Shown: positions 1 through 9,625, numbered from the stretch's first letter. The stretch: DNA of 18,427 nt from Octopus sinensis (GCF_006345805.1 NW_021824538.1:1-18427), one strand, 5' to 3'. Numbers and translations: made by a program. Notes: a model not told the origin generated them from the sequence alone.

Positions 1-162
1 GGAGACCAGCGTTCTTTTAGAACAACGACTTCATGGCTTGAAGGACCAAAACAGAAATGGCTAGAAAGCCCGAATTGGCAGCTATAAGGGAATGTAACTG
101 TAAAAAATGCTTATATAGTTATTTCCCTTACAAACCTGAGCAACGCCGGGCGATACTGCTAG
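1..162 (+). mobile_element. Helitron-like 3' terminus
   Basis: Subterminal GC-rich hairpin CCTGAGCAACGCCGGG (135-150), 8 nt spacer, then CTAG (159-162) followed by T. This is the canonical Helitron 3' end architecture; the 5' extent is unknown. Confidence 0.6.
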
Positions 163-222
163 TTAATTATAAAAATACAATAGAATATTTTAAACATCGA
201 ATGGGTAAGAAGATCTATCCGA

Positions 223-276
223 GTAAAATAGGAATCAAAAGGATCCATGGGTTTAAAAAATGGTAGAGAAACTCTG
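223..276. mobile_element. hAT (Charlie-like) MITE terminus, degraded
   Basis: GTAAAATAGGAATCAAAAGGATCCATGGGTTTAAAAAATGGTAGAGAAACTCTG is homologous to 16089-16145. Its reverse complement resembles the CAGTGGTTCTCAACC-type TIR; followed by CTATAGTA. Confidence 0.45.
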
Positions 277-310
277 CTATAGTAAAAAGAATTATTGGTG
301 TCAACGAAAT

Positions 311-458
311 ATGCACCAGTTCCACATTGGGGTCGATGAAGTAGGTCCTAGGTGAACACAGAGGTCGATGAAATAAGAACTAGTTGAGCACAGGGGTCGA
401 TGTAATCGACTAACCCCGTCCCCAAATTTGAAGCTTCGTGCTTATAGTAGAAAGGATT
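311..458 (+). mobile_element. SINE type B 3' fragment
   Basis: GGGGTCGATGTAATCGACTAACCCC...GTGCTTATAGTAGAAAGGATTAT matches the 3' unit at 10900-10997. Confidence 0.7.
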
Positions 459-460
459 AT

Positions 461-510
461 CGTTGTTGTTGTTGATGTTGTTGTTGATGATGATGATGAT
501 GATGATGATG
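461..510. repeat. (GTT)n/(GAT)n microsatellite
   Basis: Direct reading. Confidence 0.95.
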
Positions 511-755
511 TTTAAATCTTTACTAGTAAAGGAGACTAACAGCTCTGACATGTTGTTAAACTCACTCACCTAATATGGTCGGTACTTTATTGCAGACGTT
601 AGTTAACAACTAACTGTCGGTTGGTAAGACATGTGAAAGATAAATGTGCAAGTAATACTAGCTCATGTATTTGCTAGACTATTTCATATATAATACGTAC
701 ATTTTTATATGTATATACTAAATTTAGCAGGTTTCACAGTTGCTAGTTTGCTTAC

Positions 756-846
756 CTGTCAATCACGAATATCATGTGATATGATAGCGCGGAGGAATAG
801 CAATTGCCTGGCTCACGGCAAGGAAGAACATGCAAGAGGTTTAGAG
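756..846 (-). CDS. candidate internal exon (LNLLHVLPCREPGNCYSSALSYHMIFVID), unknown gene
   Basis: Minus strand: tctctctgaatctctctcctag acceptor, 91 nt with one open frame, CAG|gtaagc donor. The acceptor tract derives from a GA microsatellite, so this could be chance. Confidence 0.25.
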
Positions 847-921
847 CTAGGAGAGAGATTCAGAGAGATGGAGATGGAGAGAGGGGAGAGAGAGGGGGGA
901 AGAGATGCAGAATACACACAC

Positions 922-952
<31 letters not shown>

Positions 953-1186
953 AGTAAAGAAAGAAAGAAAGAAAGAAGAAAGAAGAAAGAAAGAAAGAAA
1001 GAAAGGAAGAAAGAAGTAAAGAAGGAAGGAAAGAAGAAAAGAAGGAAAGAAGGAAGGAAAGAAAGGAAGAAATAAGGAAGGAAAGAAAGAAGGAAAGAAG
1101 AAAGAAAGAAAGAAAGAAAGAAAGAAGAAAGAAGAAAGAAAGAAAGAAAGAAAGAAAAAAGAAAGAAAGGAAGAAAGAAAGAATGA

Positions 1187-1218
<32 letters not shown>

Positions 1219-1290
1219 AGAAAGAAAGAAGGAAAGAAGGAAAGAAAGAAAGAAAGAAGGAAAGAAGGAAGGAAGGAAAGAAGGAAGGAA

Positions 1291-1323
<33 letters not shown>

Positions 1324-1336
1324 GAAGAAAGAAATG
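922..1336. repeat. (GAAA)n/(GGAA)n purine microsatellite
   Basis: Direct reading; explains the RKKERKK ORFs. Confidence 0.97.
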
Positions 1337-1632
1337 AAGGGGCGAGCGAGTGAGAGAGATCGAGAAAGGGTGAGTGGGTAGGGTAGATTGTTTGTGAAAT
1401 GGGTCAGAAGTAATATTAGCGATGCTATTATATTCTTACTTCCTCGTAACGAGCATCTCGGAGTACATTCCTAGAAAGCAGGTGGAGGAGGGGGGGAGAG
1501 GCGAAGAACAAAAACCTCTGACTCGGTGCAGAGTAGGATAATCAGAGACGAAGGTGCAACTGCTTGGTATAGCTGCAGGGGAAGGGTGAGAGTAAGGAAT
1601 AAGAGAAAGAGAGGGAAGAATAGACTGAGTGA

Positions 1633-1663
<31 letters not shown>

Positions 1664-1987
1664 GAAGTGATTATTAATAAGAGGGTCGGGCGGAGGTGTT
1701 AGTGTAAAGATACAAAAGTATTTAGATTGGGTGGAGTCAGATTGCTGTTGCCTGAACTATAATCAGAAGTGCTCCAATTGCGTCCAGCCTGGATTTCATC
1801 CAGTTGCAGTGTTTCTAGGACTACATAATCCAATGTGTCCTTTCCCCGTTTCCAATTTTTTTTTTCAGACTATATGGTGTGGGTTAAGTGGTAATTGACT
1901 GCTGTTTCTAGCGATTCTAGCAATTACATTGAGATATTAAACGTACTTGTGAAATGTATATTAAGTAAGTAGTGAACACATATATAT

Positions 1988-2367
1988 GCTTGTTTACCAA
2001 CCACATGGTTCCGGGTTCAGTCCCACTGCGTGGCACCTTGGGCAAGTGTCTTCTACAAGAGCCTCGGGCCGACCAAAGCCTTGTGAGTGGATTTGGTAGA
2101 CGGAAACTGAAAGAAGCCCGCATTATATGTATATATATAATATATATATATGCGTGTGTGTGTTTGTGTGTCTGTGTTAGTCCCCCTAGCATTGCTTGAA
2201 AACCGATGCTGGTGTGTTTATGTCCCCGTTACTTAGCGGTTCGGCAAAAGAGACCGATAAAATAAGTATTTGGGCTTACAAAAGAATAAGTCCCGGGGTC
2301 GAGTTGCTCGATTAAAGGTGGTGCTCCAGCATAGCCGTAGTCAAATGACTGAAACAAGTAAAAGAGT
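1988..2367 (+). mobile_element. tRNA-derived CORE-like SINE type A (octopus OK/OR-like), 5' truncated
   Basis: B box GGTTCAGTCCC, CORE-like GGCACCTTGGGCAAGTGTCTTC, internal AT/GT linker, 3' end GACTGAAACAAGTAAAAGAG. Aligns with the full copy at 17720-18172. Confidence 0.9.
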
Positions 2368-2406
2368 ATATGCTGTTTTATATATCTATATATATGTGAA
2401 TATGTA

Positions 2407-2644
2407 TACTCTTTACTCTCTTTTACTCTTTTACTGGTTTCAGTCATTTGACTGTGGCCATGCTGGAGCAACGCCGCCTTAATCGAGCAAATCGACCCCA
2501 GGACTTATTCTTTACAAGCCTAGTACTTATTCTATCGGTCTGTTTTGCCGATCCGCTAAGTTACGGGAACGTAAGCACCCCAGCCTCGTTGTCATGGATG
2601 TTTGGGGGACAAACACAAACACAAATACACACACAAATACATAT

Positions 2645-2689
<45 letters not shown>

Positions 2690-2701
2690 TCCTCTTCTTC
2701 T

Positions 2702-2732
<31 letters not shown>

Positions 2733-2904
2733 CATATATACGATGAGCTTCTTTCAGTTTCCGTCTACCAAATCCACTCACAAGGCTTTGGTTGGCCCGA
2801 GGCTATAGTAGAAGACACTTGCTCAAGGTGCCACGCAGTGGGACTGAACCCGAAACCATGTGGTTGGTAAGCAAGCTACTTACCACACAGCCACTCCTGC
2901 GCCT
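2407..2904 (-). mobile_element. SINE type A, full length, expanded (AT)n linker
   Basis: Reverse complement gives AGGCGCAGGAGTGGCTGTGTGG (A box) ... B box ... tail of (AGTAAAAG)-like repeats. Confidence 0.92.
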
Positions 2905-3200
2905 AGTACGTGTATGTGTATATCTATGTATGGAAAGGTTTGGAAAAGGCCGCACCGTACAAGCAAACCTCTTAAGTAAACTAGCACAACGCAAAAATTT
3001 TAACAAAACTAACGGTACTACTGAAGAAAACATCCAAAACTAATTTCAAAAATCAAAAGTTGCTGTCCTTTCGGAAGGAATTGTTTGATCGAAGGCGTTG
3101 CTTACAGAACCAAGATCCAGAAGAATAAAACGGACGTACATAGGCTTGATACAGAATTCTTCCAGAGGGAGACTGCACCAACACTGAAACTCTTTTGAAT

Positions 3201-3323
3201 AAGGCGGCGAGCTGGCAGAAACGTTAGCACGCCGGGCGAAATGCTTAGCGGTATTTCATCTGTCGTTACTTTCTGAGTTCAAATTCCGCCGAGGTCGACT
3301 TTGCCTTTCATCCTTTCGGGGTC
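3201..3323 (+). mobile_element. tRNA-derived SINE type B, 3' truncated
   Basis: AAGGCGGCGAGCTGGCAGAAACG (A box-like) and GAGTTCAAATTCC (B box). Matches 10598-10830 and 14359-14589. Confidence 0.9.
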
Positions 3324-3354
3324 TTCCCCATTTATATATATATATATATATATT

Positions 3355-3492
3355 TATATACACACACATGCATATATACATACGTACATACATGCACACA
3401 TCCATACATGTATTTGTAAGTATTTGTAAGGACAGTCCACTGCATACAAAAGTGGCTGATTACTCCAAGGACAGGTGTTCCCTTAACGTAAT
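3355..3492 (+). repeat. copy 1 of a local ~138 bp duplication
   Basis: Near-identical to 4485-4622 (GGACAGTCCACT.CATACAAAAGTGGCTG.TTACTCCAA.GACAGGTGT.CCCTTAACGTAAT). Confidence 0.85.
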
Positions 3493-3552
3493 TCTCATGA
3501 AGAATTAGTATGATAAAAGATGGCAGTTAGACATTTGAATTACAGGTAATGT

Positions 3553-3635
3553 TCATCCGACGGGCTTCTGCACAGTTTCCACCTAATTTCACTCGCATGG
3601 TTTTGGGCCAACTCGAATGTATTGCGAAGATCTTC
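3553..3635 (-). mobile_element. old, diverged SINE CORE fragment
   Basis: CGACGGGCTTCTGCACAGTTTCCACC... resembles CGACGGGCTTCTTTCAGTTTCCGTCTACC at 10085. Confidence 0.5.
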
Positions 3636-4007
3636 AACTCAGTCATACACACACATTCTGCACGCGCGCACTTTCTTTTACACATATGTATATATGTATA
3701 AACGCATGTGTGTTTGTGTGTGTGTGTGTGTGTATGTGCGTGTGATTGCGTGCGTGCGTATGCATGCATATATACGTGTATACTCAATTTAGGGGCTTTA
3801 TATATTTAAATAATTGTATAAACGAGCATACCCATCATAACATTGACGATGTTTGTACGTCAATGACTAAGTGTTAGCGTTGCATACAGAATACAATTGG
3901 CGATATGACCACGTTTTAAACATCATTGCCAGTTCACTAAAACAGCGATACGGCACCATGAATTCGATGAAAATCGGCCCCAACTCACATTCGATTGTTT
4001 TTCGTAG

Positions 4008-4080
4008 GAAAGACAGGAAATATGGAGAGTGTTGGCAAAATGGAAATCGAGTACCAAAGTTCTAAAGAGACTAATGACCG
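4008..4080 (+). CDS. candidate exon (KTGNMESVGKMEIEYQSSKETNDR, or ERQEIWRVLAKWKSSTKVLKRLMT)
   Basis: Branch-like CTCAC, then tgtttttcgtag acceptor; 73 nt with two open frames; strong donor CCG|gtaagt at 4081. Confidence 0.35.
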
Positions 4081-4412
4081 GTAAGTTCTGATGGAGACGA
4101 AAGAAATGCTCTTATTCCTAAGCAATACTGTAACAACGATACAACACTCCGATCTTATGATATGATATTCCTTTCATTGTGTAGTTAACTGACAGTTGAA
4201 ACATTTCTATCACAACCTGGGACCTTGCTTAAATGCAAGAAAGTATACTAATCCCTTAATATTTGATATTCAATATTTCATCTATTCAATAAGACAATCA
4301 ATACTTCATTTCATTTTACTGTATATACTATTTATACTATATATTCTATATTCTACATTAATATTATAAAGAATATAAATAAAACATAAAAAACAGAGTT
4401 GGAATTCCATTG

Positions 4413-4481
<69 letters not shown>

Positions 4482-4484
4482 ATT

Positions 4485-4622
4485 TATATACACGCACATG
4501 CATATGGACATACATACATACACGCACACATCCATACATGTATGTGTAAGTATTTGTATGGACAGTCCACTACATACAAAAGTGGCTGTTTACTCCAAAG
4601 ACAGGTGTACCCTTAACGTAAT
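4485..4622 (+). repeat. copy 2 of a local ~138 bp duplication
   Basis: See 3355-3492. Confidence 0.85.
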
Positions 4623-4836
4623 GTGACCGCGTGTGTACCGTTGGCGATTTTTTTCCTCCATCTTCCCTTCCTTGGATCATTCCTTTTCCTATGTTTCAGA
4701 CGAAGAGCTCCGCTCGAAACGTTAAATCCTCCTTTTTTCTTTCCTTTCCTGAGCGTCCAATAACACTATACTTGTCCCAGGTCCTCGCGTTGTGTTTTCT
4801 CTTTGTGTTTTCTCTTGTGTTTTCATGTTTGGATTA

Positions 4837-4840
<4 letters not shown>
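4623..4840 (+). mobile_element. Penelope-like element (PLE) pLTR fragment
   Basis: Contains a minimal hammerhead motif of the PLE type, then a pyrimidine-rich tail ending at an (AT)n tract. The family assignment comes from the ribozyme plus recalled similarity. Confidence 0.6.
4693..4727 (+). ncRNA. minimal type I hammerhead ribozyme motif (U4 to A substitution)
   Basis: GUUU-C[A]GACGA-A-GAGC(UCC)GCUC-GAA-ACGU-U-AAAU. Helix I GUUU/AAAU, 4-bp helix II, palindromic ACGU helix III, predicted cut after 4723. Confidence 0.6.
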
Positions 4841-4880
<40 letters not shown>

Positions 4881-5702
4881 TCTTTTCAACCATGCATATG
4901 TATGTGTCTGGTGATGCAAACAGGGAAAGTAGAATTCAAAACATCTCATTTTTATATATATGTGTATATTTTTATTCATATTTAGCATAAGCTACAGAGT
5001 GACTCAAGGGCCTAGAGTTTCGTGCTTTGGCACCTATCAAGCGATATCTGTGTATGGGTGTATGTATGTATGTGTGTATGTATGTATGCATGTATGTATG
5101 TATATGTAACGCCATGCATCTGATTCATTGCGACACTACTTCCGGTGCGTCGGTGGCGTGTCTGGTACGAGATACTCTCCTAAACTTACACAAGCTTTTC
5201 ACTACTAGGAACTGCTGCAATCTCTTTTCCCTCTTTTTCTCCTTCTTTTCACTAGACAGTCGCAGTAACAAACAAACAGTAAGAAAAATAAGAAAAAAAA
5301 TAAAGAACTAAAGGAAGCGTACTAAACAGCACTTACATAAACATTTTAAAATGCAGACGAGAAGGTCGTACTGATATAAATATTTATATACAAATGCATA
5401 CGTACATACATACATGTGTGTATCAGTGTATGAATGTGTGTGGTGAGAGAGAGGGAAAGGGAGAGAGAGAGTGTATATGTAAGTGAGAGAGATGACAAGA
5501 GGTTAAATTACCAGGCTATAAAAGGAAGATAGCAACTGAAACTAATTCCACAACCCTGATATCCTTATTTTCTCTTTTACTTCTCGCTGTTATGGTGACA
5601 TGATCCTTGCTAGCACCCTGCGCTATGAAACTAAATTTAATATAAGAACGGGGATAGGTGGGCCATATATATATATATATATACACATACATGCTCGTGT
5701 CA

Positions 5703-5733
<31 letters not shown>

Positions 5734-6068
5734 CTGACACGAGCATGTTTGTATGTGTGTGTGTGTGTTTGCCATCTCTTCTGGGTGCAGCGGGTGGTAC
5801 CTAGCGACAAGACTACCTAATGATAAGGGATGGGGCGATAGCGAGTGCAGGTGTTTTTTTCTTGTTTCTTGTTTTTCTTTTTGGTTCTTTTTCTCTTTGT
5901 TAAAATGGTTCATCTCCTCTTGCTTCTCGAGAGAGGGGAAAACAGAGATAGAGTTTGGGCTTGTGATATCTGCTCTACAAATTCCCCCTGGATGAAACGG
6001 CGAACATTGTTTCGTAGTAGTACAAAGAACGTCTCACACGTCTTCACTATATGCACGTTGTGAGTTTC

Positions 6069-6088
<20 letters not shown>

Positions 6089-6105
<17 letters not shown>

Positions 6106-6256
6106 ATGTACGTACGTATGTATGCATGCATGTATGAATGTAGGTATGTACGTATGCATGCATGTATGTATGTAGGCATGTATGTATGTATGTATGTATG
6201 TATGTATGTATGTATGTATGTATGTATGTATGTAGGCATGTATGTATGTATGTATG
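6089..6256. repeat. (TATG)n microsatellite, preceded by (TG)n at 6069-6088
   Basis: Direct reading. Confidence 0.97.
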
Positions 6257-8289
6257 CATTTCATTATTCAGTTTATTTCAAGATTTCTTGCCAATAGAGA
6301 AAGAATTGTTTCTAACCTAGATCTAAGGTTCCTTCATTGGAATTTCAACATCAATAAGGACATTTTTATATGTATGTTTGTATGTATGTGCAGATTTGTA
6401 TGTTTTATGTATGTATTCTCATGCATATAGTTGCATATCTAGACATGCTCATATATATTTAAATGATAAACTTTTGGAAAGTTTTACCGATTTTTACAAT
6501 TCCAGTGATGGAGTGGATCTGTACCCTTCGAATTAGCTTTCTCCTTTCTGATTTTGAGAAACCTAATTTCTCAAGATTGCTATTTAGGCAGTGTGTTACA
6601 TATCCCAAGGCCTCGATAATTACATGTATAATCCTGAAATTGTAATCGGGATAGAGTAGCTACTGATTTCTCAAAAGTTCAGCATAGGTGTTCTCTTTTT
6701 CACTAATCTTCAGCTTTATGTTAACATCCGCTGGGCAGCTAATTTCCCCAACTGTGCACAGTTTCTCTTCTCTATCCCAAATCATTATATCAGGTCTGTT
6801 GTGCTTATATTTTATTGAGGTCTTCACTGGTACATTACACCAGTACTCCTTTTCATTATGAGTGGTTATGGCTTCTACCATATTGTGGGTTTTTATTTCT
6901 TTGTTCTCGGGATTATCTTTCCGACAGATTTAATTATAGAGTGTCCTGGCCACAACGCCATGTCTCATCGGTAGATAATACCGTGATGACATTTTCGGAC
7001 AACTGCTTATGATGTGGGTAATATCTTCAGTGTTAACTCCTCAAAGTCTGCATCGGTTGTCACATTTTACAGCTTTTCCCGTATCTCTATCCCTTTTGTG
7101 CATCAAGTACTTGGTTAATATTTCCTGTTCCTGGATTGCAAACGCATACCCTTCAAAGTGGAGGTCATAATCTGGCTATTGGTCCATGATAAACAGCTTT
7201 GATGATCAATGTTACTATCATCACGGAGCTTTTTACTAACATATCCATGCATAGTCTTCTGCTCATATAGGCTCATCCTTGCATTTGATGATACGTTGCG
7301 GTAGAGTCGTGCGACTTCTTTGGGAATGTATTCTAGGTTATCAGACAAAGAGTGTTGCGCAGGGAGCTGCCTTCTAAGACTTATGATGTTATCAGCTTCA
7401 TGTAAGCAAATTTGGCTAAGGGATACACTTCGACGTTTGTTGGTTAAAAGATGTTGCCAAAGGGATATGATGCAACATTCAAAGGTATTTTGGATCGATG
7501 TTAAGCCTCTGCCGCCTTGTTTACGTTTTAGGTAGAGGCGGTCTACATCAATGTTTATGTGGAGAGATTTGTGTGCTTGTTAGTATTTTTCAGGTTTTCA
7601 CATCAATGACTCGGATCTCATCAAGCGTCCAATCAAGCAGCCCAAATGTTGGTATGAGTACTGGCAATGCAAACACATTGTGGGCCATTGTTTTATTGAA
7701 TGCAGAGAGCTCTGACGTCCATATTTTCTTTATTCGGCTGTAATATTCTTTAGTGACACGTGTTTTGTTACAGGTGCCACTGTAAGATATATTTTCATCC
7801 ACCCCTAGATACCTGTAACATTCCTCGTCAGATACAGGGGAAACAGTCAAATCATTGACGATGTTACTAGTCTGGTTTATAGTTTTCCCCCTTTTCCCAA
7901 CCATATAACATTTATCCTGTCCAAACTCCGACCATTACATCCTTTGAGAATGTTGTAGCTAGGTAAGTTTCTTTTTCATTTCCTGCATATTCTTTGCATA
8001 AAGTTTTAAGTCTTCCACAAAGAAGCAGTGTGTAATTTTGGTATTTCTGTTCCCTTGTGAACCAGTGAGATACCCTTCAGACTTCCTTAACATGAATGAC
8101 AAGGGGTTTACAGAAAGTATAAACAACATCACAGAGAGGTTGTCTCTTTGGAATATACCTTTGCGATACGGTATTCTATCGGTGATAATACATTCACACT
8201 TTGTGTTTAGTTCAAGATGGTGGCCCACGATGAAATCAGGTCAGTTATGGCTTTGACTATTCTCACTGGAACTTTAGCAGGTTGAAGGG
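6257..8289 (-). mobile_element. RLE-type non-LTR retrotransposon (R4/Dong-like), 5' truncated and degraded, flanked by (TACA)n
   Basis: RT motifs GIFQRDNLS, FVEDLKLYA, YRYLGVDE and DRLYLKRKQGGRGL. CCHC knuckle CRL*GVNTEDITHIISSC (6999-7052). RLE HNRPDIMIWD...EISCP. 3' UTR 6257-6458. Confidence 0.9.
6459..8289 (-). pseudogene. RT-CCHC-RLE ORF remnant with stops and frameshifts
   Basis: ORF fragments 7959-8228, 7590-7904, 7115-7348 and 6660-6881 are collinear parts of one ORF ending ...KTFQKFII* (TAA at 6459-6461). Confidence 0.88.
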
Positions 8290-8341
8290 TATGTATGTAT
8301 GTATGTATGTATGTATGTATGTATGTATGTATGTATGTATG
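8290..8341. repeat. (TATG)n microsatellite
   Basis: Direct reading. Confidence 0.97.
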
Positions 8342-8500
8342 TCATTATTCAGTTTTATTTCAAGATTTCTTGCCAACAGAGTATAAGCCGGTTTCTAACC
8401 AAGATCCAAGACTCCTTCATTGGGATTTCAACATCAACAACAGGGTATGTGTGTATGTATGTATTCATACGTGCAAATTTATAAGTTTTACTTAGATTTT
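8342..8500 (-). mobile_element. second, short 3' end copy of the (TACA)n-associated retrotransposon
   Basis: TCATTATTCAGTTT.ATTTCAAGATTTCTTGCCAA...TCCTTCATTGG.ATTTCAACATCAA aligns with 6261 onward (about 80-85% identity by eye). Confidence 0.85.
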
Positions 8501-8959
8501 ATATATATATATAATATATATATCTATATAAATATTATATATGCATATATTATATATATATACACACATATAAAATATATATATAAATATATATGCATAT
8601 ATATATATAATATAATAGATATACACATACATACCCCAGATCGTCTTCTTAATACTTTGCCATAGCAGTTATTACTTTCATTGGGGGTTTTTTTGCTGGT
8701 TTTTATGCTATTTTTCTTTATTTTCACAATTGTTATGCTGTTCGTTCTGACATTGTTCAATGCATTGATTTATATAATACAAGGAGACGGGGTTAGGCTC
8801 AAGTCTCCTCGGCTCTATTGTCGTGGCAACTGATACGGCAATTTTTTATTGCGCTTTTTATCTTTGTTCTTCGTTTTTTCTTACGTCTTTTAAGAGATTT
8901 GCTTTTTGTTGAATTGTTGAGATGAACACACTATTATTCCTATGTTTGTTTTGTTAAAC

Positions 8960-8961
8960 CC

Positions 8962-8998
<37 letters not shown>

Positions 8999-9201
8999 GA
9001 AACAACATCAACAAAACCGCCACCATCCCTTGCAACACCACAACCAACACCACCATCACCACCGCTACTACCTCCAACACTATCATCACCATCAGCACCA
9101 CTACTATCATCATTACCACTCTCAGCCTCAATACCACCACCACAACCACCACCACTACCACTACCACCACCACCACCACCACCACCACCACCACCACCAC
9201 C

Positions 9202-9242
<41 letters not shown>

Positions 9243-9421
9243 CACCACCGCTACCGTCATTACTCTCACCCTCTACACCATTATCACCATCATCGCTACC
9301 ATCAGCCTCAGCACCACTACCGGCACCAGCACCATTATCATCATCATCACCATCATAACCACTACAACCACCACCACCACCACCACCACCAACTACAACA
9401 CCGTCGTCACCACCATCATTA
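8960..9421. repeat. compound (CAC)n/(CAA)n/(TAC)n/(CAT)n low-complexity tract
   Basis: Direct reading; generates the poly-P/H/G/V ORFs. Confidence 0.95.
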
Positions 9422-9519
9422 CTACCACTCGTCATCGCCTTTCCCTCCTTTCTTCTCCGCCAGTGTCACAATCTCTGCGAAGGGGTCAGGGGCACTTCCC
9501 TTCCTCCTTTGAATGAATC
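9422..9519 (-). CDS. candidate terminal coding exon (FIQRRKGSAPDPFAEIVTLAEKKGGKGDDEW*)
   Basis: Strong acceptor gttttgtttctttcttttctag. Phase-1 open frame of 31 codons to TAG (9422-9424); the other two frames stop early. Non-repetitive, purine-rich island. Confidence 0.4.
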
Positions 9520-9625
9520 CTAGAAAAGAAAGAAACAAAACATAAAAAACACAAATCTAAATTGTACATCTCCCCACCATCCTATATCTTCGAAGCAGAT
9601 GTCTTAGCCTTCAGGAAACTCTGTC

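Noticed and set aside
331-402. Regularly spaced repeats resembling a CRISPR array
   Set aside because: Eukaryotic context, an 8 bp core only, spacers homologous to each other, no cas genes; part of a SINE.
709-1019. Lys/Arg/Glu-rich ORFs
   Set aside because: Translations of GA/GAAA repeats.
1869-1890. 22 nt plus-strand microexon (tttttcag|...|gtaatt)
   Set aside because: Splice signals alone are common in T-rich DNA, the length is not a multiple of 3, and there is no other support.
1917-3043. ORFs with the recurring peptide KVPRSGTEP
   Set aside because: Translations of SINE type A copies, not a gene family.
5910-6297. MYVC/HTYI repeat ORFs (also 8295-8495 and 5027-5311)
   Set aside because: Products of (TATG)n.
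8952-8959. GTTTAA(CA) closing G/T-rich trinucleotide tracts (also near 509 and 17625)
   Set aside because: Too short to separate from chance, and the sequences beyond do not align.
8890-9512. Long poly-Pro/His/Gly/Val ORFs (formin-, WASP- or extensin-like look)
   Set aside because: All frames on both strands are open only because of the stop-poor CAC/CAA/TAC microsatellite; no domain content.
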